Positions 24,720 through 32,590 of a DNA stretch of 40,437 bases are shown here, one piece after another (the stretch's first letter is position 1; each line of letters begins with the position of its first letter). The position numbers and the translations under genes were made by a program. The notes under the pieces were generated by a model that did no database searches, was not told the origin of the DNA, and saw only the letters and a program-made list of their open reading frames with translations. The stretch is from positions 1 to 40,437 of the forward strand of contig JABGOW010000487.1 of NCBI GenBank assembly GCA_018645275.1. Reading direction: 5' to 3'. Source of the stretch: Verrucomicrobiota bacterium (lineage in GTDB: Bacteria > Verrucomicrobiota > Kiritimatiellia > UBA8416).

Positions 24720-25055
24720 TTAGTTGAATACGTGTGAGGTAACCGTCACGCCTACACACAATGGGGCAGTTCCCAATACGCTGTAAGTGTATGCTCCGCC
24801 ACCAGGACATTCGGGGGCGCCACCCTTGATGTAGGTGTTGACCGTTGCTGCCGCAACTGCCGTACCCTCAGCCACGCCATAAGCCATGCCGCCCTGCTCC
24901 TTGCCGGAGTCAATCTGGCGCATGTTGTTGATGCAGGCGCTCTGCTGTGATGTGTTACGTGCCTTCACGAAGGACGGAATAGCGATTGCAGCCAACAGTC
25001 CGATGATGGCGACCACGATCATGATCTCGACGAGTGTAAAACCTGACTTCTTCAT
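24720..25055 (-). CDS. Prepilin-type N-terminal cleavage/methylation-domain protein (type IV pilin / T2SS GspG-like pseudopilin)
   Basis: MKKSGFTLVEIMIVVAIIGLLAAIAIPSF is a class III signal peptide with G-F-T-L-x-E. The start is at the second ATG (25055), 7 nt after AGGAGGA. Confidence 0.85.
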   Translation of the reverse strand: MKKSGFTLVEIMIVVAIIGLLAAIAIPSFVKARNTSQQSACINNMRQIDSGKEQGGMAYGVAEGTAVAAATVNTYIKGGAPECPGGGAYTYSVLGTAPLCVGVTVTSHVFN

Positions 25056-25130
25056 TCGCATTCCTCCTAGTTGTTTTGGGCTGCGACCTGCCCGTTTTCA
25101 AATCCAGTTTGGATCTGCACCCGTCTTAGT

Positions 25131-25147
25131 AGCAATGGGCGTGCCAA
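25131..25147 (-). promoter_or_regulatory. Sigma-54 (RpoN) -24/-12 promoter upstream of the pilin gene
   Basis: The minus strand reads TTGGCACGCCCATTGCT, that is TGGCACG-N4-TTGCT. This is an exact match to the sigma-54 consensus TGGCACG-N4-TTGCW. It lies about 75 nt upstream of the pilin ATG, and the NtrC-type activator gene is immediately upstream. Confidence 0.75.
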
Positions 25148-25484
25148 TATCAAAGAATCAGATTCGAGAATAGGAGTATTGATGATATTCGCTCTAAATT
25201 GCTCGAAAAGTGTCGATACCGGAAGCTTCGTGGCCGTAAGCCCAAACTACATCGCCTCTAGATTCGCGCCAATGCAAATGCGATAAATGAAAAGTCAGAA
25301 GTGAGAACCTCGGGAATCATCGACGAGATGACGCAATTGGAGTGAATTGAAGGCTCTCCTGCGATGCTGCGCGTGCGTTAGGCCGCAGGACTGAGGAATG
25401 GTGGAATGCCAGAAGAAGCTGCAGCACGTTCCATACGTAGCCGAACCGCCTACAGAATACGCCGCCTCTGTGAGAGGACTAGCC

Positions 25485-26852
25485 CTACTCCTCTTCTTCC
25501 GGGAGCTTCCGATAGAGCGTGGCGAGGCTGATACGGAGAGTCTTGGCTGCACGCTCTTTGTCGCCGCCCGTGAAGTTGAGGACTTGGCTCAGGTAGTTCT
25601 TCTCCTGATCCCGCAGGAAAGCTTTGAGTGATTTGCAACGGGTGGCGTCAAATGCAGCGGAATTGCGACCCGGGAGAGCCGCCGCCGCAGCCACGATTCG
25701 AGGGGGGACGACGTCGGCGGTGATGCACTGCTCGCGTGCAAATGTCATGGCATGTTTCACGGCATTCTCAAGTTCGCGAACGTTTCCCGGCCAGTCATAG
25801 GCTTCGAACATGGCGCACACATCGGCGTCTACCGCGAGAGGCTCACCACCCTCCGGGGTCTCGGATTTCAGAACGTGGTAGAGAAGCGGTAGAATGTCCT
25901 CCTGGCGCTCTCGGAGTGGTGCAATCTCGATGGGGATGACGCTGAGGCGATAGTAGAGGTCCTCACGAAAGGTTCCCTCTTTAATAAGCTGTTCAAGTGG
26001 GGTATTCGTCGCGGCAAGAACGCGGGCATCAACCGGAACCGTCTTGTTGCTGCCTACGCGCCTGACTTCCTTCTCCTGAAGTACGCGCAGGAGCTTGCCC
26101 TGAATGCTCAACGGCATGGACCCGACCTCGTCGAGGAAAATGGTTCCGCCATGCGCGGCTTCGAAGAGCCCCTCCTTATCGGAAGACGCTCCGGTGAAAG
26201 AGCCTTTGACGTGTCCAAACATCTCTGATTCCAGAAGGGGCTCGGGAAGGGCTGCGCAGTTCACGGGTAGGAAGTTCTTCTTCTTGCGTGTACTGTGGGC
26301 GTGAATTGCCTTTGCAATGAGTTCTTTTCCGGTTCCGCTTTGCCCGTAGATGAGCACGGTCGTATCGGTGGGAGCGACGCGTCGGATCATCTCGCAAACG
26401 TTTTTCATCGCAGGGCTCTCGGCGATAATGTTGTCGAACTCGTATCGTGTTTCGAGCTGTTGCTTGAGGTCCGCATTCTCATTGAGGGCATTTCGGTAGG
26501 CGAGTGCTCGCTGAACCGTAATCAGAAGCTCGTCAACTTTGAACGGCTTCGTAACGTAGTCGAAAGCCCCCAGTTTAAGCGCTTCAATTGCCGTTTCGAC
26601 TGAGCCATAGGCGGTCAGCATGATGACGGATGTGGTTGGCTTCTCGTCATGAACCAGCCGCAGCAGGTCCATCCCGTTCACTGGGGACATGCGAATGTCG
26701 GACACCAGGAGATCAAAATCCTCTGCACGGATCTTCTCAATGGCTTGCTGGCCATCGGATGCGGAAACGACTTCGTAGTCCTCGGCGCGAAGGACGGTAC
26801 AAAGAACACTAAGAATACTGGGTTCGTCATCTACGAGTAGAATTCTGGGCAT
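25485..26852 (-). CDS. Sigma-54-dependent response regulator (NtrC/PilR family: REC, AAA+, Fis-type HTH)
   Basis: REC domain: ILLVDDEPSI...DLLVSDIRM. AAA+ domain: GQSGTGKELIAKAIH, the sigma-54 contact loop VKGSFTGA and GGTIFLDEV. C-terminal HTH: RAAKTLRISLATLYRKL. Confidence 0.9.
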   Translation of the reverse strand: MPRILLVDDEPSILSVLCTVLRAEDYEVVSASDGQQAIEKIRAEDFDLLVSDIRMSPVNGMDLLRLVHDEKPTTSVIMLTAYGSVETAIEALKLGAFDYVTKPFKVDELLITVQRALAYRNALNENADLKQQLETRYEFDNIIAESPAMKNVCEMIRRVAPTDTTVLIYGQSGTGKELIAKAIHAHSTRKKKNFLPVNCAALPEPLLESEMFGHVKGSFTGASSDKEGLFEAAHGGTIFLDEVGSMPLSIQGKLLRVLQEKEVRRVGSNKTVPVDARVLAATNTPLEQLIKEGTFREDLYYRLSVIPIEIAPLRERQEDILPLLYHVLKSETPEGGEPLAVDADVCAMFEAYDWPGNVRELENAVKHAMTFAREQCITADVVPPRIVAAAAALPGRNSAAFDATRCKSLKAFLRDQEKNYLSQVLNFTGGDKERAAKTLRISLATLYRKLPEEEE

Positions 26853-26978
26853 GGCCTATACTCCTCATTTCCAAGAAAAGGGCGCAATGTTTCACGGAAT
26901 GAGGAGGAGTGTATGCGAATGGAGCGTAGGTGTAAAGCGGTGTTTCGCAGTTTTTCAAAAGTGTCAAGCAGAGGCGTG

Positions 26979-28091
26979 TTAGCCGCTGACGACTTCACCC
27001 ATTTTGAAGATCGGCAAGAACATGCAGAGCACGATACCACCAATAACGACTCCGAGAAACACCATGAGAAGGGGCTCGAGAAGCGAGGTCAATCCTGCCA
27101 GCATCGTATCGACTTCATCATCGTAGAAGTCGGCGATATTATCCATCATTTCGTCAATTTTGCCGGTCTTTTCTCCTGCTTGGAGCATGCGAACGAGGAG
27201 AATCGGAAAAACATTCTGGTTGATCATCGCGCTGGAGAGTGGATCGCCGTTCTCCACAGCCTTGCTGGCGTCCAGAATGATTTTCTGCGCGACGACGCTA
27301 CCGGTGGCCCCGGAGACGATCTCCAGTGAGCTGAGAATGGGGACACCGCTCTTGATGAGCTGGCCAAATGTTCGAGCGAAACGTGCGGAGGCTACCTTCT
27401 TGCGCAAATCCCCGAACACGGGCGCTTTGAGAAGCACCTGGTCGAGCTGGTAGCCCCCCGCAGGGGTTGCCTTCCAGCGCTTGAAGGCAATGACGGCGAC
27501 GACGATGGCCACAATGATGTAGCCCCCGTACTGCTTCAGGCCATCGCTCAGGTTCAGAAGGAACTGGGTTGGTGCGGGCAGCTCGGCCCCGAAGTCTGCA
27601 AACATTTCGCCAAACACAGGTACGATGAAAACGATCATGGCAATTGCGATGGAGATGGCAATACAGAGAATGATCGTGGGATACATCATTGCGGACTTCA
27701 CTTTGCGTCGCAACTTTGCTGACGCTTCAAGAAAGCCGGCAAGACGGGCGATCGTCTCGGCAAGCTGGCCGCCGGACTCACCACCGCGAACCATATTGGC
27801 ATAGAGATCGTCGAATATGCTGGGGAACTGGCGTAGGGCGTCAGAGAATGCAGCGCCGTTCTCGATGCTGGCCTTGAGGCGGGTAACTACGGTTCGGAAG
27901 TTCGGATTGTCGGACTGCTCCTCTAGCGCTTCGAGCGTTGCCACAATGGGCATACCGGCCGAGAGCATGGCCGCAAGCTGGCGAGAGAAGCCGGGCAGCA
28001 GATCATTGACGATCTTCTTGGCCCCCGGAACACCACGCTTCGCGGTTTTGCTGCGCTGGCCTTTTGCGGACGTGCGAACGGCTGGACTCAT
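26979..28091 (-). CDS. Type II secretion system F / PilC-family platform protein
   Basis: 370 aa with two T2SSF-like repeats (FSRQLAAMLSAGMPIVATLEAL... and FARTFGQLIKSGVPILSSLEIV...) and three TM segments. SD GAGGAG lies 9 nt upstream. Confidence 0.85.
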   Translation of the reverse strand: MSPAVRTSAKGQRSKTAKRGVPGAKKIVNDLLPGFSRQLAAMLSAGMPIVATLEALEEQSDNPNFRTVVTRLKASIENGAAFSDALRQFPSIFDDLYANMVRGGESGGQLAETIARLAGFLEASAKLRRKVKSAMMYPTIILCIAISIAIAMIVFIVPVFGEMFADFGAELPAPTQFLLNLSDGLKQYGGYIIVAIVVAVIAFKRWKATPAGGYQLDQVLLKAPVFGDLRKKVASARFARTFGQLIKSGVPILSSLEIVSGATGSVVAQKIILDASKAVENGDPLSSAMINQNVFPILLVRMLQAGEKTGKIDEMMDNIADFYDDEVDTMLAGLTSLLEPLLMVFLGVVIGGIVLCMFLPIFKMGEVVSG

Positions 28092-28112
28092 GATCGGTCA
28101 CTCCTCATTGCA

Positions 28113-29825
28113 TCACTCTCCACCTGTCACGGCCAAGGCGGCTTCCAAGCTGGTCAATCCGTCCCTGACCCGGACGAGTCCGGCTTGCTTGAGTGAGGTC
28201 ATGCCGTTCTTGATGGCCAGCTCGCGGATCTCCCCAGTATTCATGCCAGAGAGAATGCCCTGACGAATCCCCTCGTCAACCAGAAGCACCTCCATGATGG
28301 CACCACGCCCCTTGTAGCCGTTGGAGCAGCGCGGGCAACCGCCGGGACCATACACGGTGACATCCTTGAACAGCTCCGGGTCAATATGGTTGTTGGCGAG
28401 AATTTCCGGCGTCAACATTGTCTTCTTGCGGCAGGTTGAACAGAGCTTCCGGTAGAGGCGCTGTGCCTGCGCACACACCAGGGCGGAGCCCAGCATGAAA
28501 GGCTCGGTTCCCATATCAATCAATCGTGTGATGGCACCGGCAGCATCATTCGTGTGCAGCGTACTGAGTACAAGATGTCCGGTAAGTGCAGCCTTTACCG
28601 CGATTTCTGCTGTGATGCGGTCGCGGATCTCCCCCACCAGCACAATATCGGGGTCCTGACGAAGAATGGAGCGAAGTGCGGCGGTGAATGAGAGTCCAAC
28701 GTCTTCATGGATCTGGACTTGGTTGATTCCAGCCAGCTGGTACTCGACGGGGTCTTCGCAGGTGATGATGTTGCAGTCTGAGCGGTTCAAATCCTGAAGG
28801 CAGGAGTAGAGCGTCGTCGTCTTGCCGCTTCCGGTTGGCCCGGTGACGAGGATAATGCCATGCGGCTGGTCAATGGCATACTGCATGGCCTTCTGTGATA
28901 CGGGATCAAGGCCAAGCGCCGCCAAGCTGGGTGCAAGGGATGACTTGTCAAGTGTACGCATGACGATCTTCTCACCATGTACGGTTGGCAGGATGCTGAC
29001 GCGTAGATCGACCTCCTTGCCCAGAGCCTTGATGTTGAAACGGCCATCCTGGGGGATACGGCGTTCGGCGATGTCTAGGTCGGACATAATCTTGATGCGG
29101 GAGGTGATCGCGGACTGAAGCCCTTTTGGAGGGGCAGGCCGTTCCATCAGAGAGCCGTCAATACGATAGCGAAGTCGAATGGTCTTCTCCATAGGTTCGA
29201 TATGGATATCGCTTGCCCCGGTCCGCAGGGCCTCGACGAGAATCATATTGACCATGCGGATGACGGGGGCGCCCTCTGCCTTTTCGAGCATTTCGTCGAG
29301 GCTCTGGTCATCTGCCCCCGCATCGTCAACGACCTCAACATCGCTTTCGTTGCGCATGAGTTCTTCCATGTCGAGTCCCTGTGATGACTCGGCAGAAAGG
29401 CGGGAAAGGACGCTGGCTATATCCAGCTCAGAAGCGACAACCGGTGTGATGTTCAGCCCGGTTATGGTTGTCAGTTCGTCGATGGCCATCAGATCAAAGG
29501 GATCGCCGAAGGCGACCGTCAGTGTTCTGCCGACCCGGGAGACTGGCATGATAACACGCTTGGAGAGCGTCTCGCGCGGGATAAGCTCCAGCAACTGGGG
29601 ATTAGGCGCGTAGTGCTTCAAAGAAATCGGTGCCATGTGCAGATACTCTGCAAGCGCAAGCGTCATGTTGTCGGGGCTGGTGAGCTTCCGTTCAAGGAGC
29701 AGCTTCTCGAATCTAACCGTTCCTGAATCCGCCTCGCGGCACGCCTCTTCAAGGGCGTCAGGGTCGATCGCTTTTCTACGAAGCAGAATCGTTGACAGTG
29801 TACCTTTTAGATCCCGTTTTGCCAT
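28113..29825 (-). CDS. Type II secretion / type IV pilus assembly ATPase (GspE/PilB family)
   Basis: N-terminal T2SSE_N domain, Walker A GPTGSGKTTTL, Asp box, LVGEIRD and GHLVLSTLHTN. It has a tetracysteine motif CSTC...CPRC. I placed the start at ATG 29825 (MAKRDLKG...); the ORF-track 5' extension is not pilB-like. Confidence 0.9.
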   Translation of the reverse strand: MAKRDLKGTLSTILLRRKAIDPDALEEACREADSGTVRFEKLLLERKLTSPDNMTLALAEYLHMAPISLKHYAPNPQLLELIPRETLSKRVIMPVSRVGRTLTVAFGDPFDLMAIDELTTITGLNITPVVASELDIASVLSRLSAESSQGLDMEELMRNESDVEVVDDAGADDQSLDEMLEKAEGAPVIRMVNMILVEALRTGASDIHIEPMEKTIRLRYRIDGSLMERPAPPKGLQSAITSRIKIMSDLDIAERRIPQDGRFNIKALGKEVDLRVSILPTVHGEKIVMRTLDKSSLAPSLAALGLDPVSQKAMQYAIDQPHGIILVTGPTGSGKTTTLYSCLQDLNRSDCNIITCEDPVEYQLAGINQVQIHEDVGLSFTAALRSILRQDPDIVLVGEIRDRITAEIAVKAALTGHLVLSTLHTNDAAGAITRLIDMGTEPFMLGSALVCAQAQRLYRKLCSTCRKKTMLTPEILANNHIDPELFKDVTVYGPGGCPRCSNGYKGRGAIMEVLLVDEGIRQGILSGMNTGEIRELAIKNGMTSLKQAGLVRVRDGLTSLEAALAVTGGE

Positions 29826-30059
29826 AGCCCACCACTCTGCCATAACAGCGCTGTTGTGTTTCGCAAGACGATGTATTATGTCACCCCCTCGTAAGAAGTC
29901 CAAACCAAAAGCGATGTTCCCGCAGCACTTTGTGGGATGGCCTGGATTGCCCCTTTTAGAACGAAGGCTCTCGATTGCTGTTGCGAGGGCTCGGGGTGAC
30001 GTGGTATACAGAACGCAGCTGCTGACGGCTGCGTAGAATGCCATGCGTATGGAGGTCTC

Positions 30060-30905
30060 ATGTCTGTCCCGGAAACTGAAGCCCCGCACCCTGACCCGGA
30101 ATCCGAGATCTGGAGTGCAATTGCGGCGTTCGAAAAGATCCTTGAGGCAATGCCCGACGATCGCTCTTCTCTCGAAACCCTGTCGCATGCCTATGAGCAT
30201 ATCGGCGACCAGACGAAGACGCTTGAGTATCTACTGCGTCTGGGGGACGTGATTATCCGTGACCGCGACTGCGAGTCCGCCAGTTATATCTGCGAGAAAT
30301 TGGAGGGGTACGGCTCGGCAGATGAGGGCGTCGAGAGGGTCTGCCGGGAGTTAAAGCAGCTTCTGGAGGAGAATGACGCCTCAACGATGAATCAAGGCGC
30401 CGCTCCTGCTCCGGCGGAGAGTTCGGCTCCCGGGACTTTCCGAATGGCAGATGAGCTTTCCTTCGCTTGGCGGCTCTTTGAGGCCGGCGAGTTGACTCAA
30501 GAGGAGTACTCTGGCGTTGCTCAGGATCTGTCTGAGATGTCCACGGAAGAGCACCTTTCCACCATCTCGGTGCTGCATGCCCTATCGGCGCGTGCCTTCA
30601 GTGGAATGGAGCGCTTGATGGGGTATGTGGCCCGTGGCGCCAAGACCCCGATTGTGTCGCTTGAGTCGTTTGATATTCCAGCAGAAGCGCACTCGCTGCT
30701 ACCGTTGGAGTTTGCAATCCGGCGTGGCGCCATTGTCTACGGTTTGCTTGCCGAGGATGCGCTGGTGGTCGTGATGAATCCCTATGATTCTGCGTTGCGT
30801 GAACAGGTAAGTACGCTGCTTGGCAAGACCTGTCACTTCTTCATCTCAGCCCCAGTCGGGTTCGATGATGCCATCGCGCGCATTCGCGAGACCCCGCCCG
30901 CGTAG
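30060..30905 (+). CDS. Hypothetical protein: TPR-like N-terminus plus a GspE-N-terminal-like (T2SSE_N) C-terminal domain, no ATPase domain
   Basis: The C-terminal 150 aa or so (FAWRLFEAGELTQEEYSGVAQDL...PIVSLESFDIPAEAHSLLPLEFAIRRGAIVYGLLAEDALVVVMNPYDSALREQVSTLLGKTCHFFISAPVGFDDAIARI) follow the T2SSE_N pattern. That pattern is also seen at the N-terminus of the adjacent GspE: APISLKHYAPNPQLLELIPRETLSKRVIMPVSRVGRTLTVAFGDPFDLMAIDELTTITGLNITPVVA. SD GGAGG is present. Confidence 0.55.
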   Translation: MSVPETEAPHPDPESEIWSAIAAFEKILEAMPDDRSSLETLSHAYEHIGDQTKTLEYLLRLGDVIIRDRDCESASYICEKLEGYGSADEGVERVCRELKQLLEENDASTMNQGAAPAPAESSAPGTFRMADELSFAWRLFEAGELTQEEYSGVAQDLSEMSTEEHLSTISVLHALSARAFSGMERLMGYVARGAKTPIVSLESFDIPAEAHSLLPLEFAIRRGAIVYGLLAEDALVVVMNPYDSALREQVSTLLGKTCHFFISAPVGFDDAIARIRETPPA

Positions 30906-30919
30906 TCTTTCAGCCATTC

Positions 30920-31762
30920 CTACTGAAGTGATTTGCCCTCCTTCAGGAAACGGCGATCGCCCTTGTATTCAAGGAGAGCGCCTTTGGCATCAATTGAGAC
31001 AATCTCAATGCCGTCAACCGATTCGTTGATTCCGATCACTTTGCCGTTGATCATAACCGCGCCGCTGCGACCACTACCCACAATGCCGCTCAGTTTGACG
31101 GGGGGCCATTGAATGTTTGGCAGGGGCTGCGTGATTGGGGGCTGCGTTTTCGCTGGTGAGGTGGCAGCGGGTGCTTCCTCCGGGATCTCGGTTTCAGGAG
31201 AGCCCTGTGAGTTCGCTGCCTCGGCAGCGAGATCGGTGTCGGCGTCCTTCGCTGTGCTCTCCACGGGGGAGGTCTCTACGACTACAGCTTCCCCGAGGGG
31301 GGCAGGCTCCGCTGCTGGAGGCGGAGTCGGCGGGGCTGGTTGCGGTTCTGTGACGGGAGTGGACACCGTCGGAGCGATCAGGCCCGTTTCTGGCGTCTCT
31401 TCAACGGGTTCCCCAATATACTGAAGGCCATAGTAAATGGCCCAGCCGACGACGAAGAGCAGCAGAGCCAGTAGTAGAATGACCCCGAGCAGTGCTGGCA
31501 ATACACGCGTCGGTTTTGACTCCGATTCGACGGTCACGGTTTCGGGAATCGGTTCTGGCGTTTTTTCGGGTAAATCCACTGGATCAACAGGAGAAACGGG
31601 CGGTTCAGGAGGGGGTGGAGGTGGAGGGGGAGGAGGAGTCTCCTCGGTTGGCGGCGTCGGTGGAGGAGGTGCCACGGCAGGCGCTTCGGTTGTAGGCTCT
31701 GCTGGCAGGATTCCCTCTGTTTCCTGCTGTTGGCGTTTCAAAGCTTCCTGAATCAGGCTCAT
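30920..31762 (-). CDS. GspB/ExeB-like single-pass protein with a long proline-rich linker
   Basis: GspB-type N-terminus MSLIQEALKRQQQE and one TM (VLPALLGVILLLALLLFVVGWAIYY). The C-terminus reads PPVKLSGIVGSGRSGAVMINGKVIGINESVDGIEIVSIDAKGALLEYKGDRRFL, like the T2SSB domain. It sits 4 nt downstream of the GspA-like gene. Confidence 0.55.
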   Translation of the reverse strand: MSLIQEALKRQQQETEGILPAEPTTEAPAVAPPPPTPPTEETPPPPPPPPPPEPPVSPVDPVDLPEKTPEPIPETVTVESESKPTRVLPALLGVILLLALLLFVVGWAIYYGLQYIGEPVEETPETGLIAPTVSTPVTEPQPAPPTPPPAAEPAPLGEAVVVETSPVESTAKDADTDLAAEAANSQGSPETEIPEEAPAATSPAKTQPPITQPLPNIQWPPVKLSGIVGSGRSGAVMINGKVIGINESVDGIEIVSIDAKGALLEYKGDRRFLKEGKSLQ

Positions 31763-31766
31763 ATTC

Positions 31767-32570
31767 TCACCCCTCCAATTGGCGAATTGCCTTCTTGACG
31801 CCGCGCGCCGAAATTACCTGTGTGCCCTCAACATAACCTGCGAGCAGTGCGTTGTCACACACGGCGTTAATCAATCGCGGGCATCCCTGGGCATACCGAT
31901 GAACCGCTTTCACGGCACCGCCTGCAAACTGGGCCGTACTCTCGGGACCCGCAACCCAGAGACGGTGTTTGATGTAGTTTGCTGTTTCCTGAACGGTCAA
32001 CGGTGGTAGATAGTATCGTACGGTTATCCGCTGGCGAAGCTGCCGAAGGTCCGGCCGATTGAGCCGCTTCTTCAATTCTGGCTGTCCACACAGGACGATC
32101 TGGATCAGTTTGTGTTGATCAGTTTCCAGGTTTGAGAGCAGCCTGACTTGCTCCATGACTTTGGGTGTCAGATCCTGAGCTTCGTCAATGAGCAGCGCCA
32201 CATTGATACCTTCGTGATAGTGTGCCATCAGGAAGTCGTTGAGACACTCGATATAGGAGAGCCGGTCCCGCCCGCGTGGCTCCAGCCCGAAGTCATTTAG
32301 CATGGCCCGCAGCAATTGCGTCTCGGTGAGCGATGGATTCAGAATCAATGCGGTACGGACATCATCCCCGAGGCTGCTGAGAAGGGCCCTGCAGAGGGTT
32401 GTCTTTCCAGAGCCGACCTCGCCGGTGAGCTCGATGAAGCCTTTGCGTTGGGTAATGCCGTACATGAGATGATCGTAGGCCTCGCGGTGATGAGGGGCAT
32501 AGTAGAGAAACCGCGGGTCAGGCGTAATGTTGAATGGGAACTCAACGAGATTATAGTGCTCAAGGTACAT
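31767..32570 (-). CDS. GspA/ExeA/MshM-family AAA+ ATPase
   Basis: MYLEHYNLVEFPFNITPDPRFLYYAPHHREA..., Walker A GEVGSGKTTLCRAL, Walker B LLIDEAQDL, and LVLCGQPEL-like IVLCGQPELKKRL. It has no C-terminal peptidoglycan-binding domain. Confidence 0.8.
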   Translation of the reverse strand: MYLEHYNLVEFPFNITPDPRFLYYAPHHREAYDHLMYGITQRKGFIELTGEVGSGKTTLCRALLSSLGDDVRTALILNPSLTETQLLRAMLNDFGLEPRGRDRLSYIECLNDFLMAHYHEGINVALLIDEAQDLTPKVMEQVRLLSNLETDQHKLIQIVLCGQPELKKRLNRPDLRQLRQRITVRYYLPPLTVQETANYIKHRLWVAGPESTAQFAGGAVKAVHRYAQGCPRLINAVCDNALLAGYVEGTQVISARGVKKAIRQLEG

Positions 32571-32590
32571 CGTGTCTGTCCGTGTCGTGT

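Noticed and set aside
24406-24810. 135-codon N-terminal extension of the DJ-1/PfpI ORF, and similar 5' extensions of the trpD, trpC, trpF, mlaD-like, gspE, glgP and ABC-ATPase ORFs
   Set aside because: In every case an internal ATG or GTG with a good Shine-Dalgarno coincides with the conserved N-terminus of the family. The extensions overlap neighbouring genes or terminators and look non-coding.
29640-29825. c-di-GMP-binding MshEN motif in the N-terminus of the GspE/PilB ATPase
   Set aside because: Two segments (TLSTILLRRKAIDPDALEEACREA and RFEKLLLERKLTSPDNMTLALAEY) align to the 24-residue RLGxxLLxxGLIxxxxLxxALxxQ motif in their hydrophobic positions. However, they lack the conserved Arg/Gly/Gly/Gln ligand-contact residues, so nucleotide binding cannot be claimed.
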